From the NCBI RefSeq assembly GCF_004010195.1, contig NC_057728.1:46732349-46796348 (forward strand): DNA of 64,000 nucleotides. Reading direction: 5' to 3'. A program made the position numbers and the translations under genes. This document shows, piece by piece, positions 13,070 to 23,899 of the stretch (positions within the stretch are counted from its first letter, which is position 1; each line of letters starts with the position of its first letter). This stretch comes from Chiloscyllium plagiosum (taxonomy: Eukaryota). The notes under the pieces were generated by a model. That model was given only the letters and a program-made list of their open reading frames with translations, had not been told where the DNA came from and did not search any database.

Positions 13070-13250
13070 GAACTAGTCCCACTTGTCTGCATTTGGCTCA
13101 TATCCCTCTAAATTTTCCCTATCCTTGCACTGTCTTCTACCACTTCCTCTGGGAACTTGTTCCATTTACACACCACCCGCTGTGTGAAAAAGTTGCCCCT
13201 CAGGTCCCTTTTAAATCTTTCCCATTTCACCTTTAACCTATGTCCTTTGA
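13070..13250 (-). mobile_element. CR1 ORF2 C-terminal fragment
   Basis: GHRLKVKWERFKRDLRGNFFTQRVVCKWNKFPEEVV. Confidence 0.9.
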
Positions 13251-13548
13251 GAGCTACACCACAATCCCAGGGATCCATCCTTTGAGATTTGAGGGGCAAA
13301 TGTTTTTTGTCAATTGGAATCAAAGACCCGAAACCTGGTCCCGTTATATACCATGTCTGCAATTCTCAATTCAATTCTCACCAAATCACCAAATCACAAT
13401 TCTCAAAGCAGTAACCATTAATTGGTCCAGAGAAGAATTTGGCAAAATTAAAGCAAGTCAGGCACAAGCAGGAAATGGGTTCTAGAAACAGATGGATAAT
13501 TTAAAAGGAAGATGGCAGTCATGACTGAGCCTGTACTTTCCTTTGGAA

Positions 13549-13830
13549 ATGGGTGCAAAGGGGAAAGTAGCCTATATTTTGCTAAGACTTCAAGGCCCTG
13601 ACTGAGGCTGTGAAAGACAGAACAGTTGTAGTTCTCCCTGCATCCAGAAGGTGAGGACGGTGAACCAAATCAAACAGGCAGCCGTGGGTGCCATCTGCCT
13701 CACGCTCCTCGCAAGAGTCCAAACACTTTTATCGTCCCAAAATCCAGCCTTGCTTGGGTGATAGCAATGCATGAAAAACTGATTTAAACCTCCTCTTTTC
13801 TTGCGCCTTGTTCACACTGCAGAGTGAGTG
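13549..13830 (+). mobile_element. Harbinger-type Myb/SANT gene exon 1 relic
   Basis: MGAKGKVA.. / FKALTEAVKDRTVVVLP..W.. / QCMK resembles Myb_DNA-bind_5-type Harbinger proteins. Followed by GTGAGT at about 13824. Frameshifted. Confidence 0.55.
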
Positions 13831-14004
13831 CTAACGGTATCATGCTGTGTTCCCTACGACACTGCTCAAACATGTACCATGCCCCCATGGTGTTTGAAAA
13901 TTCAGCCCTAAGCATTTTTCCACCTCACTTCCTTGGCCAAGTAGGGCAGCACAAAGAAGGAGCATGAGAGTAGGCATACACCCATATATAGCTCTCATAA
14001 TCGA

Positions 14005-14192
14005 TAAAGTCACCATTGACCCTGAGGGCCTTAGGGCAGCTCTCTCTCCTCAGACAGAGACAACTGGCGGTGGTTTAACCTGAGGGTTACCGCACCTCAG
14101 GCAAAGTGTAACCTTCAGGATAACCTCAGCTGATACAAGAATTGAATCTGTGCTATTCATATCACTCTGAATCGAGCCAACTGAGCTAATCA
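14005..14192 (-). mobile_element. LF-SINE-like element
   Basis: gtggtttaacctgagggttaccgcacctcaggc core. Homologous to 58064-58292 and 62550-62752. Confidence 0.7.
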
Positions 14193-14342
14193 ACGATAAT
14201 TGAGGTGAACAAGTAATTTGAAACAACTGTTTGGTGAATGAGTAATTTAAAGTGTGTTTTGACTTTGTACAGAGTATGCATTTATATTTTTGCAGCAGGG
14301 AGTGAATGGATGATTGTGAAAGATAAATGTGATCAAGTTGAT

Positions 14343-14627
14343 GAGGGGCATGACCACATGTGGAGATTTTCAAGGGTCAGAGAATGCAGATAGAATCTGT
14401 CTTTTTGAAATGATGATGCAGAAAGATAATTGAATTTCTCTGTATTTGTGAGTACTTTTACATTTTTTTACTATTGGAGATGCCATCCTCCACTTTAATC
14501 CTTGTCATCAAACAGGACAGTGCCTTTATGCAAAAGTTAAACAACTATTGTGTGGCTGCCAATAATGATCTGATGACCCCCTGAAGAACAAGAACATGGT
14601 ATTTATAAGTACAGGCCACAGATATGT
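14343..14627. repeat. Diverged ~280-bp direct repeat, copy 2
   Basis: Aligns with 10483-10762. Confidence 0.85.
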
Positions 14628-15249
14628 ATTGAGCTAAGACATAATGGATCGTCGACCAGTACTTGGCTGCTTGTGCAGAGCCAACATTGATACTTTAAAT
14701 TATAATTGTTTTCTATCTGCTTTGCTTTCACAGCTGGAGCTCAGTTAGGTCTCTCATCAGTGTAATATTGGAGAAATCAGTATAATTTTAGCTCTCTTAA
14801 CAAGCTGTCACTGCACTGCCATATATAGCCCCCACTTTCAATCAATTAATGCTTTGAATCACTTGACGTGCAGGCCTGGATTTTCACAGAAGATCTGCTT
14901 CCAGGATTTTTGCCCACAATCCTAGTGTCCCCAGTTTTCTCCGGTGTGGGATATGAGTGCTGAATATTAAGCCCATTTTCTGCTTTCATGGTCTGGCTAT
15001 GTACAGCATTACCTCACAATAGGCAACAGCAGGCTGGCAGATAGGCAACAGCTAGGGCACTTGCAGAGTGGCAGGGACGCTATCATTCTGAGAGAGGGGC
15101 TAACAGCTTTGTGCCTCATTGAGCTCTGAAAAAATGTCAACATATTTTCTGTCTCTACAGCTGCTGCCTGATCCACTGCACACAACAGCTTTTATTTCAA
15201 ACTTCCAGGATCCATTTGCTTTATTTACTCATGTGGCTTATGCACCATT

Positions 15250-15590
15250 ATCCGGCCAGCATTTATTGCCTGTCCCTAGCTGCCTTTGAACTGAGTGGCT
15301 TTCTAGGTCTTTTCAGTTGAGAGTCACCCACATTGAGGTGGATCTGGAGTCACATGTAGGCCAGACCAGGTAAGGATGGCAGATTTCCTTCCTTAAAGGG
15401 CACAGGTGAGCCAGATGGGTTGTTCTGATAATCAGCAACAGCTTCATGGTTAATATTAGACTCTTAATTCTAGATTTAAAAAAAATTGGATTCAAATTCC
15501 ACCATCAACCATGGCAGGATTCATAGCCGAGTTAGCTGAGTTTCTTGATTAACAGTCTAGCAATAATGCCACTAGGCCATTGCCTCCCTA
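15250..15590 (-). mobile_element. DeuSINE-like SINE
   Basis: Reverse complement of the ggaaggaaatctgccatccttacctggtctggcctacatgtgactccaga core, with a tRNA-like head at 15530-15590. Confidence 0.8.
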
Positions 15591-16925
15591 TGAAGGAGCT
15601 TGTAGCAGTTTGCTTCTAGATTCCTCCATGTCCTTTAACTTCAGGCTTTCTGTCAAACTTCACGATGCACCAAGCAGAATTCATGTGTGACCTCTCCCTC
15701 AAGTGAGTTGCCAGCTGCACTGTCCTTACCTACTTTCCTGGAGGCAGGTCACTCAGGTCTGATGGCTGACCCATGCATTTCCGGCCTCCAACAAATCCTC
15801 TCAGTTACATGTAGTGTCGGTATCAGAGCTAGGGTATTAGTATCCGAATTCACATCAGTATCAGAGTTAGTGTCAGTATCAGAACTAGGGTGTTAGTATC
15901 CGAATTCATGTCAGTATCAGAGTTAGTGTCAGTATCAGTGCTAGGATGTCAGTATCAGAGTTCATATCAGTATCAGAGTTCATATCAGTATCAGAGTTCA
16001 TATCGGTATCAAAGTTAGTGTCAGTAGCAGAGTTAGTGTCAGTAGCAGAGCTAGGGTGTTAGTATCAGAGTTCATGTCAGTACCAGAGTTAGTGTCAGTT
16101 TTACAGCTGATAGCTGTAAGTGTGAAATCAGACAGCAGTGTTATGTCTTCATTCTCATTCTCTTCTTGATGTTCCTGCACAGCCTGGTCAGGTTCCATTT
16201 CTTGGGGTTCTGAAAAGAAAAATAAACGGTATGATGGTGATTTGGGATGTGGGGGAAAGTAAAAGGTCTGTGCATACTTATATCATCTGCAGCATAAACA
16301 TCAGAACAAAGTGTGGGAGAAGGAGAAACTGGGACACGAAGGGTCTGAGCATAATGTCTTCTTTGATGGTTTCAGCTGACAGTCAAGTGACTGCTTCAGC
16401 AATATACCCTTCAGAGGAATTAGGATATGCAAATGTACCTCCACCCCTCTTCTGGCTAGCTCTGGGAGCTCCATTTTATCTTGCAAGAGAAAGATAAAAT
16501 GTATCCCAAGCTGATTGTGTGTTTAGCTGATGTGGCTGCCATGGTTGAATAGTTGGCAGTGCAGCAAGCAGTGAGATGCAGCTTACTGCAAAGCTAAATG
16601 TGTGAGGCTGAGGTAGAGCCAAGCATGCTTATTATGAGGCTGGCTAGACAGAGATGGTAGGTATGTGAGTGATAATGGTGTGGTGATTTGAGCATTGGCT
16701 GAAGCTATTGGTGCTGGTGGTAGATACATTTACTGACTATCACTTGTGTGAGGTTATTGAACTATTTAAGGGACTACATTTGGCTCCTTAGAACTTAACT
16801 CCTGGCAATGACATTTATATCTATCTGTTCCTACTGAATTTTGACTGTGCAACTTGAGGCCCCTCTTACCTCACTGCGGACAGAAAGTGCCCATCTTCTT
16901 TTCCAGCTTATCCTTCTTGAGTTCA
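15591..16925 (-). mobile_element. Harbinger-type Myb/SANT gene relic with introns
   Basis: Exon 1 (about 16925-16738) reads LEKKMGTFCPQ..EQIDINVIARS..FNNLTQV, then GTCAGT. Exon 2 reads QDKM..ELARRG..LHILIPL. A strong acceptor tttcttttcag at 16210 precedes EPQEMEPDQAVQE. Stops and frameshifts are present. Confidence 0.7.
15815..16100. repeat. 18-bp minisatellite (AGTATCAGAGTTAGTGTC variants)
   Basis: About 16 degenerate units are visible. They read S-D-T-D-T-N on the minus strand. Confidence 0.9.
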
Positions 16926-16926
16926 G

Positions 16927-17256
16927 GGTGGCACAGTGGCTCAGTGGTTAGCACTGCTGCCTCACTGCACCAGGGACTTGAGTTTGATTCCAGCCTTGGG
17001 TGACTGCCTGAGTGGGGTTTGCACGTTCTCCCTGTGTCTGCCAGTTTCCTGTTTCGTTCCACAGTCCAAAGATTGGGTGGATTGGCCATGCTTAGCAATA
17101 CAAGTGTCCCACGGTGTCCAGGGATGTGCAGGTTAGCTGCATTAACCCATGTGGGGTTATGGGGGTGCACTGGGGTGGGGGGTGGGGGGGAGCTGGACAG
17201 AGGGTCAGAGCAGACTTGAGGCGCTGAATGGCCTCTCTCTGCATTATAGGGATTCT
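16927..17256 (+). mobile_element. HE1-type tRNA-derived SINE
   Basis: A box tggctcagtgg, B box-like agtttgattcc and a CR1-like tail. Confidence 0.9.
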
Positions 17257-17297
17257 ATGAGTTCCAATGCAGAATGTCAAAATTGTGATCCCTTTGT

Positions 17298-17604
17298 GGG
17301 CAGCACTGTGGCTCAGTGGTTAGCACTGCTGCCTCACAGCACCAGGGTCCCAGGTTTGATCCCAGCCTCAGGTGACTGTCCGTGTGGAGTTTGCACATTC
17401 TCCCTGTGTCTGTATGGGTTTCCTCCGGGTGCTCTGGTTTCCTCCTACAGTCCAAAGATGTGCAGGTCAGGTGAATTGCCCATTGTTTTAGGTGCATTAG
17501 TCAGAGGGGTAATGAGTCTGGGTGGGTTACTCTTCGGAGGGTCAGTGTAGACTGGTTGGGCCGAAGGGCCTTTTTCCACACTGTAGTGAATCTAATCTAA
17601 TCTA
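17298..17604 (+). mobile_element. HE1-type SINE
   Basis: A/B boxes, the gggtttcctccgggtgctc core and a (tctaa)n tail. Confidence 0.95.
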
Positions 17605-18309
17605 TGGGGTGGAGGATGCTGCACGCAGCGATCCCTTGCAACCGCAGATTGCGGTGGTTCACGGACTCCCAGCCCAACTGCTTGTTCTGTGGCGCTGTGG
17701 AGTCCATGGACCATGTATATATTGGGTGTGGGCGTTTGCACTCCCTTTTTGATTTCCTCGAAAACCTCCTCTTCTGCTTTTGGTTGCACTTCAGTCCCAT
17801 GCTCCTGATCTTCGGGCACCCGCTACAGAGGAGGGAGGGCAGATCTGAAGACCTCTTCATGGGTCTGCTCCTGGGCCTGGCCAAACTTGCCATAAATAGG
17901 TCCAGGCAGCGGGCCATAGAGGGGGTCGTTAGGGCCGACTGCCTGCCCCTCTTCCGTGGTTACGTTAGAGCCCGGGTGTCTCTGGAAAAGGAGCACGCGG
18001 AGTCCACCAACACCCTGGAGTTGTTCAGGGAGAGGTGGGCGCCACAGGGAGTGGAGTGCATTATTTCCCCCTCTAACTCCATTTTGATTTGATCTCTGCC
18101 TTCCCCTTCACTGTTTGATCACACAGCATTGCCCTTTGATTCGTGCACCTTGTGTCTTTCACTGTGTCTCACACCTGCACACACACAATACGGGTGCTGG
18201 AGAAAAAATAAGCACTACCACAGTTAGGCGGTAGTGTGGGGTAAAAAGGGGAAAGAAAGAAAAAAAAACAGGAATGTTAAAGTCAAAAAAAGAAAAAAAA
18301 AAGATAAAA
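17605..18309 (+). mobile_element. Tx1/L1-clade non-LTR retrotransposon, 5'-truncated (ORF2 C-terminus, 3' UTR, A-rich tail)
   Basis: ORF 17604-18092 has a CCHC knuckle (CLFCGAVESMDHVYIGC), LLLGLAKLAI and FRERW, typical of Tx1-clade ORF2 ends. A-rich tail at 18243-18309. Confidence 0.9.
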
Positions 18310-18850
18310 TATATAACCAGGAGGGTTTCCCTTGATGTGAAGGGCACTGTTTGTCACTGGCCACTTGGGTGTTTCCTTTCTTCCTGGTGGTGGATATTGA
18401 ATAAAGATTCGTGCACCTTGAGTCTTTTGCTGTGTCTCACACCTACACACACACATACATGGCTGCTGGGGAAAATATGAGCACTACCACAGTTAGGCGG
18501 TAGGGTGGGGGACATAACAAAAGAAGGATCACCTAAATAAAAAGAAAAGGAAAAGATATATAATCAGGAGATTTAGAATCTCCTCAGTTTAGGGGACTGA
18601 CTGTAAAAGAAATATAACCAGGAGATTTTCTCTTGATGAGAAGAGCACTGCTTGTCACTGGTCACTCAGGTGTTTTTTTTTCTGGCGATGGTATACGAAT
18701 AAAGTTTTCTGCACTCTATGTTTCTTCACTGTGTCTTGTACCTCCATACGCATAACATGGGTCCTGGGGAGAAATAAGCACTATTGGCAGTTGTGTGGGG
18801 GTTTTAAAACAAAAAGAAACAGGAAAAGAAAGGAAAAAAAAACAGGAGAT
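18310..18850 (+). mobile_element. Two further tandem Tx1 3' UTR units separated by the TATATAACCAGGAG motif
   Basis: Units 18324-18556 and 18625-18842 repeat the 3' UTR (gaagggcactg..aataaag..ctgtgtct..agcacta) and end in A-rich tails. Confidence 0.85.
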
Positions 18851-19032
18851 CAATGTTATTCTCAGTCCAACAGTCAAAAAAGTTATAATTTCTTTACAAT
18901 GGCATCAAATCCCAGAACAGAATTTCCCCTTCTGAAACTTCTCAAATGTCCTTTTGCACAGTTCTATTTTCAAATATAAATTGCCTTTGGTATCTGCATG
19001 TCCTATTTTAAACAACTTAAGAAAAAGGTAAA

Positions 19033-19162
19033 TATATAACCAGGAGATTAGAATCTCCTCAGTTGAGAATTGAATCCGAGCTGACTGGTCACAGCCAGTG
19101 TACTGTGCACTAATGAATAAAGGGTTACTTGGTGACAGTACCCAGCCTCTGCAGTTATTTCA
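19033..19162 (+). mobile_element. LTR-like 3' half (TATA, AATAAA, terminal CA)
   Basis: TATATAA at 19033, AATAAA at 19116, ends TTTCA at 19162. Homologous to 8277-8401. LTR identity is inferred. Confidence 0.6.
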
Positions 19163-21099
19163 ATATCAATGTCATCCATTGGGGTAATCATTTGGTGGCA
19201 AGAAGGCCCAGTGAAGCTTGATAATAAACTGATTATCTACTATGCTCAGATTGGGAATTGTCAACATATGAAGGATGAGTGCTGGCAGCGTCTCCAAATT
19301 GCACAAGGTTATGAGGGATAAACATGAATGTAACACGGAGCTGAGATGTAGCCTGATCTCAGCTGTGCACACTATCTTCTATGTGTTTATTTTCTGAATT
19401 TACTTCAGTATCACAAAATCATGCTTTTGTTAAATAAATGGTCATCTTCAAAATCAGTAGGCCTGAATGGAAAGCTTGAAAGGAAAGGGTTACAGTTGAA
19501 CGATTCATAGCTCTGAACAGTCAAATGCAATACAGTGTGATTGCTAGGAAATGTCCTGCTTGAGAGAAAACAGACAAGTTGCTCAAAATCTCTGCTGCCT
19601 TCAGCGGTGGGGGGGGGGGAGATGGAAGGTGGAAGGGGGGGTCACAGTGAATAGGCCCTGATTTGGCCTTGAGGGGAGTTGATTGTCTTAATCATCCATA
19701 CTCCATACAGGAATACAATTTACTTTTAATAAAGGGAAGCACAGCTGTTCAAACTCACGGAAGCAACAATTATAACATAAAGTATCATTGGCTCAGGACA
19801 TTACAGCTAATAAACTGTTGCTATCATTAATACAAAGCAGACCATAGATGACTGGACAATATATTTTTGGGTGCTTTCTCTATTCCTTAGAAATAATGAT
19901 ATGATTCAGTAATAAAGTTGTAGAAAGTTGTGCTTCCTGTGGGATGTTTGTTTACAGGAGTAATTTTCCACATCTAACTGGTAATGTGGCATAGCAGCTT
20001 GATGACTCATTATCAAACACAACTGATCTTGACTCCATTGATTGGATTTTGTGGTCAATGGTAATAGAATGGCACTTGTCAATCAACATTCTGACAGCTG
20101 CCAATGATGTTTTTAAGGGCTTTCTTTGATCTGGTGTCAGATCCATGGAGTTAGCCTCAACAATGCTGCGCCCATCACCAGGACAAAATATAATGTGGCT
20201 CTTCAATCCTCACTGAGACAGGCGAGCCTGGATAGTACCAGAGCTGGGATTTCCAAGGGCATGTATTTGCTAATGGAGTGTTGAACTTGCGCCTGATTCT
20301 TGATAACCTACTAAGGGCATTTATGTCCCCAACAGTCCTCATCCTAGAAAAATACACTTTAACCTATACTTTAATATGATAAGAAATCTGGCTGCCAGCT
20401 TCACTTGACCTCAGGGCAGGCCCAACATCAGCCTCCCAGCTGCGAGGGAAAAGGTCACGCTACAATCTCCATCCCATCATTTCGCATTTTCAGCCTGGGG
20501 TCCCTCATGGATTTTGGGGCTTCGATGTGTACAATACCACCAACAAGTATTCCTCCACTGTTATTAATGAGAAGCTGCCAACTTCTCATTGTCCAGTGAC
20601 TCTTGATTGATAAGACATCCACCATCAGCATCGTCCCTCCCCTCCCCCGTCCCAGGATTACAATTGCAGGGAAGGCCTAACAGTGGCCAACTAAGTGCCT
20701 TATCCAGTTAGCTGATAAGGTTCTTTGTTTATTCTCTGGCTGGTGGATTAGTGCTGGCTTTAATACCTTGGTCATGAATGCTTGGCTGAGTTTCAAAAGC
20801 TTCACAACCATTTACCTCTGCAAGTGGAGACAATGGTGATTTGTTTGCAGTTCAATTTAAAGTTTTACTAATTTATTTAATTACTATATATCTTTGATAT
20901 AGTTACTAAATAACTGTTGGGTTTTTTTTTCTCATAATAGTCATGTTCATTCTGAGGCTCTATTTGAGCCCATTATATTGAGTTATATTATCATAGAAAA
21001 AACAATTGGCAAATAACAGACAACAGCAAGCCAGGATTAATGGGTCAGTTTCAGGTTGGTAAACTGTCATTAATGGAATTTGGCAGGCATCAGTTTTAG

Positions 21100-21298
21100 G
21101 GCTTAAAAATGTGTTGCTGGAAAAGTGCAGCAGGTCAGGCAGCATCAAAGGAGAAGGAGAATCGACGTTTTGGGCATAAGCCCTTATGTCCGAAACGTCG
21201 ATTCTCCTTCTCCTTTGATGCTGCCTGACCTGCTGCGCTTTTCCAGCAACACATGTTTAAGCTCTGATCCCCAGCATCTGCAGTCCTCACTCTCTCCT
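21100..21298. mobile_element. Penelope-derived palindromic insertion
   Basis: Near-perfect inverted repeat, 21102-21180 against 21183-21262, with a ccagcatctgcagtcctcac tail. Confidence 0.85.
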
Positions 21299-21654
21299 TT
21301 TTCATCAGTTTTAGGGACTCAACAACTGACTTAGAAGAAGGTACAGGTTGTTCTGTAGCCAAATGTGCTGGTAGCACAAGGATAGATAGAAAAGCTAATT
21401 AGAAGGAGAATACAATGAGACTGCAAAGGCTTATGGATGTTAAATAAATGGGCATAAAATTAACATGTGGAACACAATGTGGCGAATGTCCATATTGGTA
21501 AGTAGATAAAAATCAGATTATTATTGGGATAAAGAAAGCTTGCAGAATGGCAAGGGTTGTGGAAAGCCTCATCTGTGAATCGCAAAGCTCTTATGCATTC
21601 AGAGCAGGTGATAGGGAAGGCAAATAGAATGGTGGCTTTATTACAAGGCATTTA

Positions 21655-21791
21655 TATCCTTAAATTTCGCCTTTGCTTCACATTGATACTTCTTGTGAAT
21701 TGACAAGATGAATGCCAGGTGATAAACCTTTACAAGATTTTTCTTTCCTCAGCAATACGCCAGTTACTTTCCACCAAAAGGCTATTTGTAG
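21655..21791. mobile_element. Penelope-like remnant inside CR1
   Basis: Homologous to the right arm of 22561-22844. Confidence 0.55.
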
Positions 21792-22526
21792 AAGCACCTG
21801 GATTGCAGCATCCAGTTTTGGTCTCCTTACTTAAGGAGGGATATATTTGGATGCAGTTCAAAGAAGGTTCACTCGAATGATTCCTGCATAAAAGATTTGT
21901 CTTATGAGGAAAGGTTTAACTAGTTACATTCACTGGAGTTTAGAAGAATGAGAGGCCATTTTATTGAAACAATAAAGATTTTGAGGTGGTTTGATTGTAT
22001 GGTTGCTGGGAAGAGGTCCCCTCTTATGGGGGATCTGGAACTCAGGGACACAGTTTAAAAATAAACTGAAGGGGATGAGGAGCAATTTATTTTCTCAGAG
22101 GAACATTAGACTTGGGATTCTCTTCCACAGACAGCAGTAGAGACTGAATCATTGAGTCAGTGAGTTAATCAGATTTTTGATTAACAAGGAAATTAAGGTT
22201 ATGGCAGAAAGGTTATGGCGGAAGTAAGGACACAATCAGATTATTGCATGATAGACAAAGTTTCATGGGCTGAATGGCCTGTTCCTGCTCCTATTCTCCA
22301 TGACCTTATGTCTTACAACACAGTTCTTGTTGGCCATTGTGACTTTTCCAAAAGTGCATAGCTGGTTCAATAACTCTAGTGTTACATTTTAATGAGCATT
22401 TTGAATCTACTGTAGAAACACAACCAGGCAAAAGCCTTTTAGTGGATCTGCACAGCGTGCATTGTAGGCACATAAATATTAATCAGTCAAAATTCAAATA
22501 TCACTTATTTGTCAAGCAATTGCCAA

Positions 22527-23715
22527 GCAACTACTTACATTTGATACAGCACCTTTAACTAAATTAAATGTATATGCTGTAAAAGAACACATCTATTGGA
22601 GCTTTTTGACTTGCACTTGTCAGGATAATTGACAAGAAATACCATACTAAAGGGAAAACAGTATTTATATCGTCATACAATATAAGTGTTGCTTTTGCCT
22701 TACTTTGGTATTTCTTGTGAATTGCCAGAGGAAAAACAAAGAACAAAGAAAAAACAAAGAAAATTTACATCTCAGGAACAGGCTCCTGAAAATGTCTTTC
22801 CTCAACAATATTCAAGTTATTTCCTACCAAAAGGCTATTTGTAATGAAATGTCTCAAAATGCTTCCCAGAAATATAATAAGTCCAAAAATAATAAGGTGC
22901 CACATAAAGAGATATTAGGTCAAAAAGCAAAAATAATTGGTCAATGACCAAAGTATAAGAAATGTCTTAAAAGAGAAAAATGAAGCAGAAATGTGTGGGA
23001 AAAGTATTCCAGAGTTTGGGGTGTAGACAATCGAAGACAATCAGCAATGATGAAGCGAATTGGCACTGTACAACAGTACAATATTTGAAGTGTTCCGATA
23101 TCACAGAGGGTTATGAGGCTACAGGAGGCTACAAAGATAGAGATGAGCAGAGGCCATGGAGGGATGTGAAACATAGATGAGAATAGTAAAATCAACAAAA
23201 TTGCTTGTCCTTGAGCCAACAGAGGTCAGTGAGTACCAGCCAGGTATGCACTGGAATGATGGAGTCTAGGAGTAACAAAGGCATAACCGGAGGTTTCAGC
23301 AGCAGATGAGCTGAGAAAGGAGTGTAGTCAGGTGATGTTGCACAGGGGAAATAGATGATCTTACTATTAGCACCATTTTGAGATTGGATGCTCAGTTCAA
23401 AATCACGTGATCCCAAGAGCAAAAAGGTTTAATCTCAGATCACTACCAATGAAAGGGTTAACATAGGAAATAAAGATTTGAGAAGATACTAAAAACAATG
23501 GCTTCCCCAATATTTAATTGGAGGCAATTTCTGTTTGTCTCTCACTGAATATTGGATAAATAATCTGATAATTTGACAACACTGGAGGATGCGATAAAGG
23601 TGGTGACGATGTGGGGCGAGGTGCTGTCAGCATACATGTGAAAATAAATGGACTGGATTCTTAGATGATGCTTTGGGAGTCAAGGTGTGGATATGCAGAC
23701 CAGGAAGGGATCAAA
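22527..23715 (-). mobile_element. Degenerate L2-type LINE 3' region
   Basis: The tail catttgatacagcacctttaac is followed by gccacataaagagatattagg. Reverse-strand RT motif gtcagcatacatgtg (HMYAD) at about 23626-23640. Confidence 0.75.
22561..22844. mobile_element. Old palindromic Penelope-like insertion in L2
   Basis: aattgacaagaaatacca (22627) is inverted as tggtatttcttgtgaatt (22706). It splits the L2 tail. Confidence 0.6.
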
Positions 23716-23899
23716 GCTTGGAATAAATCAATGTTCACACTTATTCCGATATCGAGTAATATGGTAGAAAATCAGTTTACAAGACACACTGGAAAAGCTC
23801 TCTCTTCAAAGCTCAATTTAATTATGTGTTTTGCAGATTCCTAGCCAAAAGTATCCATATAATATGAATTAGGATGCCCATATTAAACTAAATATTCTT

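Larger units (their letters stand above)
21040..22315 (+). mobile_element. Degenerate CR1 LINE 3' half, interrupted twice
   Basis: Decayed RT and C-terminal motifs (cagttttggtctccttac, ttttctcagag) and the ggctgaatggcct 3' UTR. Confidence 0.8.

Noticed and set aside
10993..13076. Many long ORFs (up to 288 aa) on both strands
   Set aside because: They are generated by the stop-poor 18-bp tandem repeat; there is no gene structure.
16927..17000. tRNA genes at SINE heads
   Set aside because: The A/B boxes run into SINE bodies, with no complete cloverleaf.
21655..22844. Two copies reading FPQQY.SYF.PKGYL* with mostly third-position differences, suggesting a PAP2-like gene
   Set aside because: Both copies are insertions inside LINEs and one is the arm of a Penelope-type palindrome. 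There are shared in-frame stops upstream, so the bias is probably chance.
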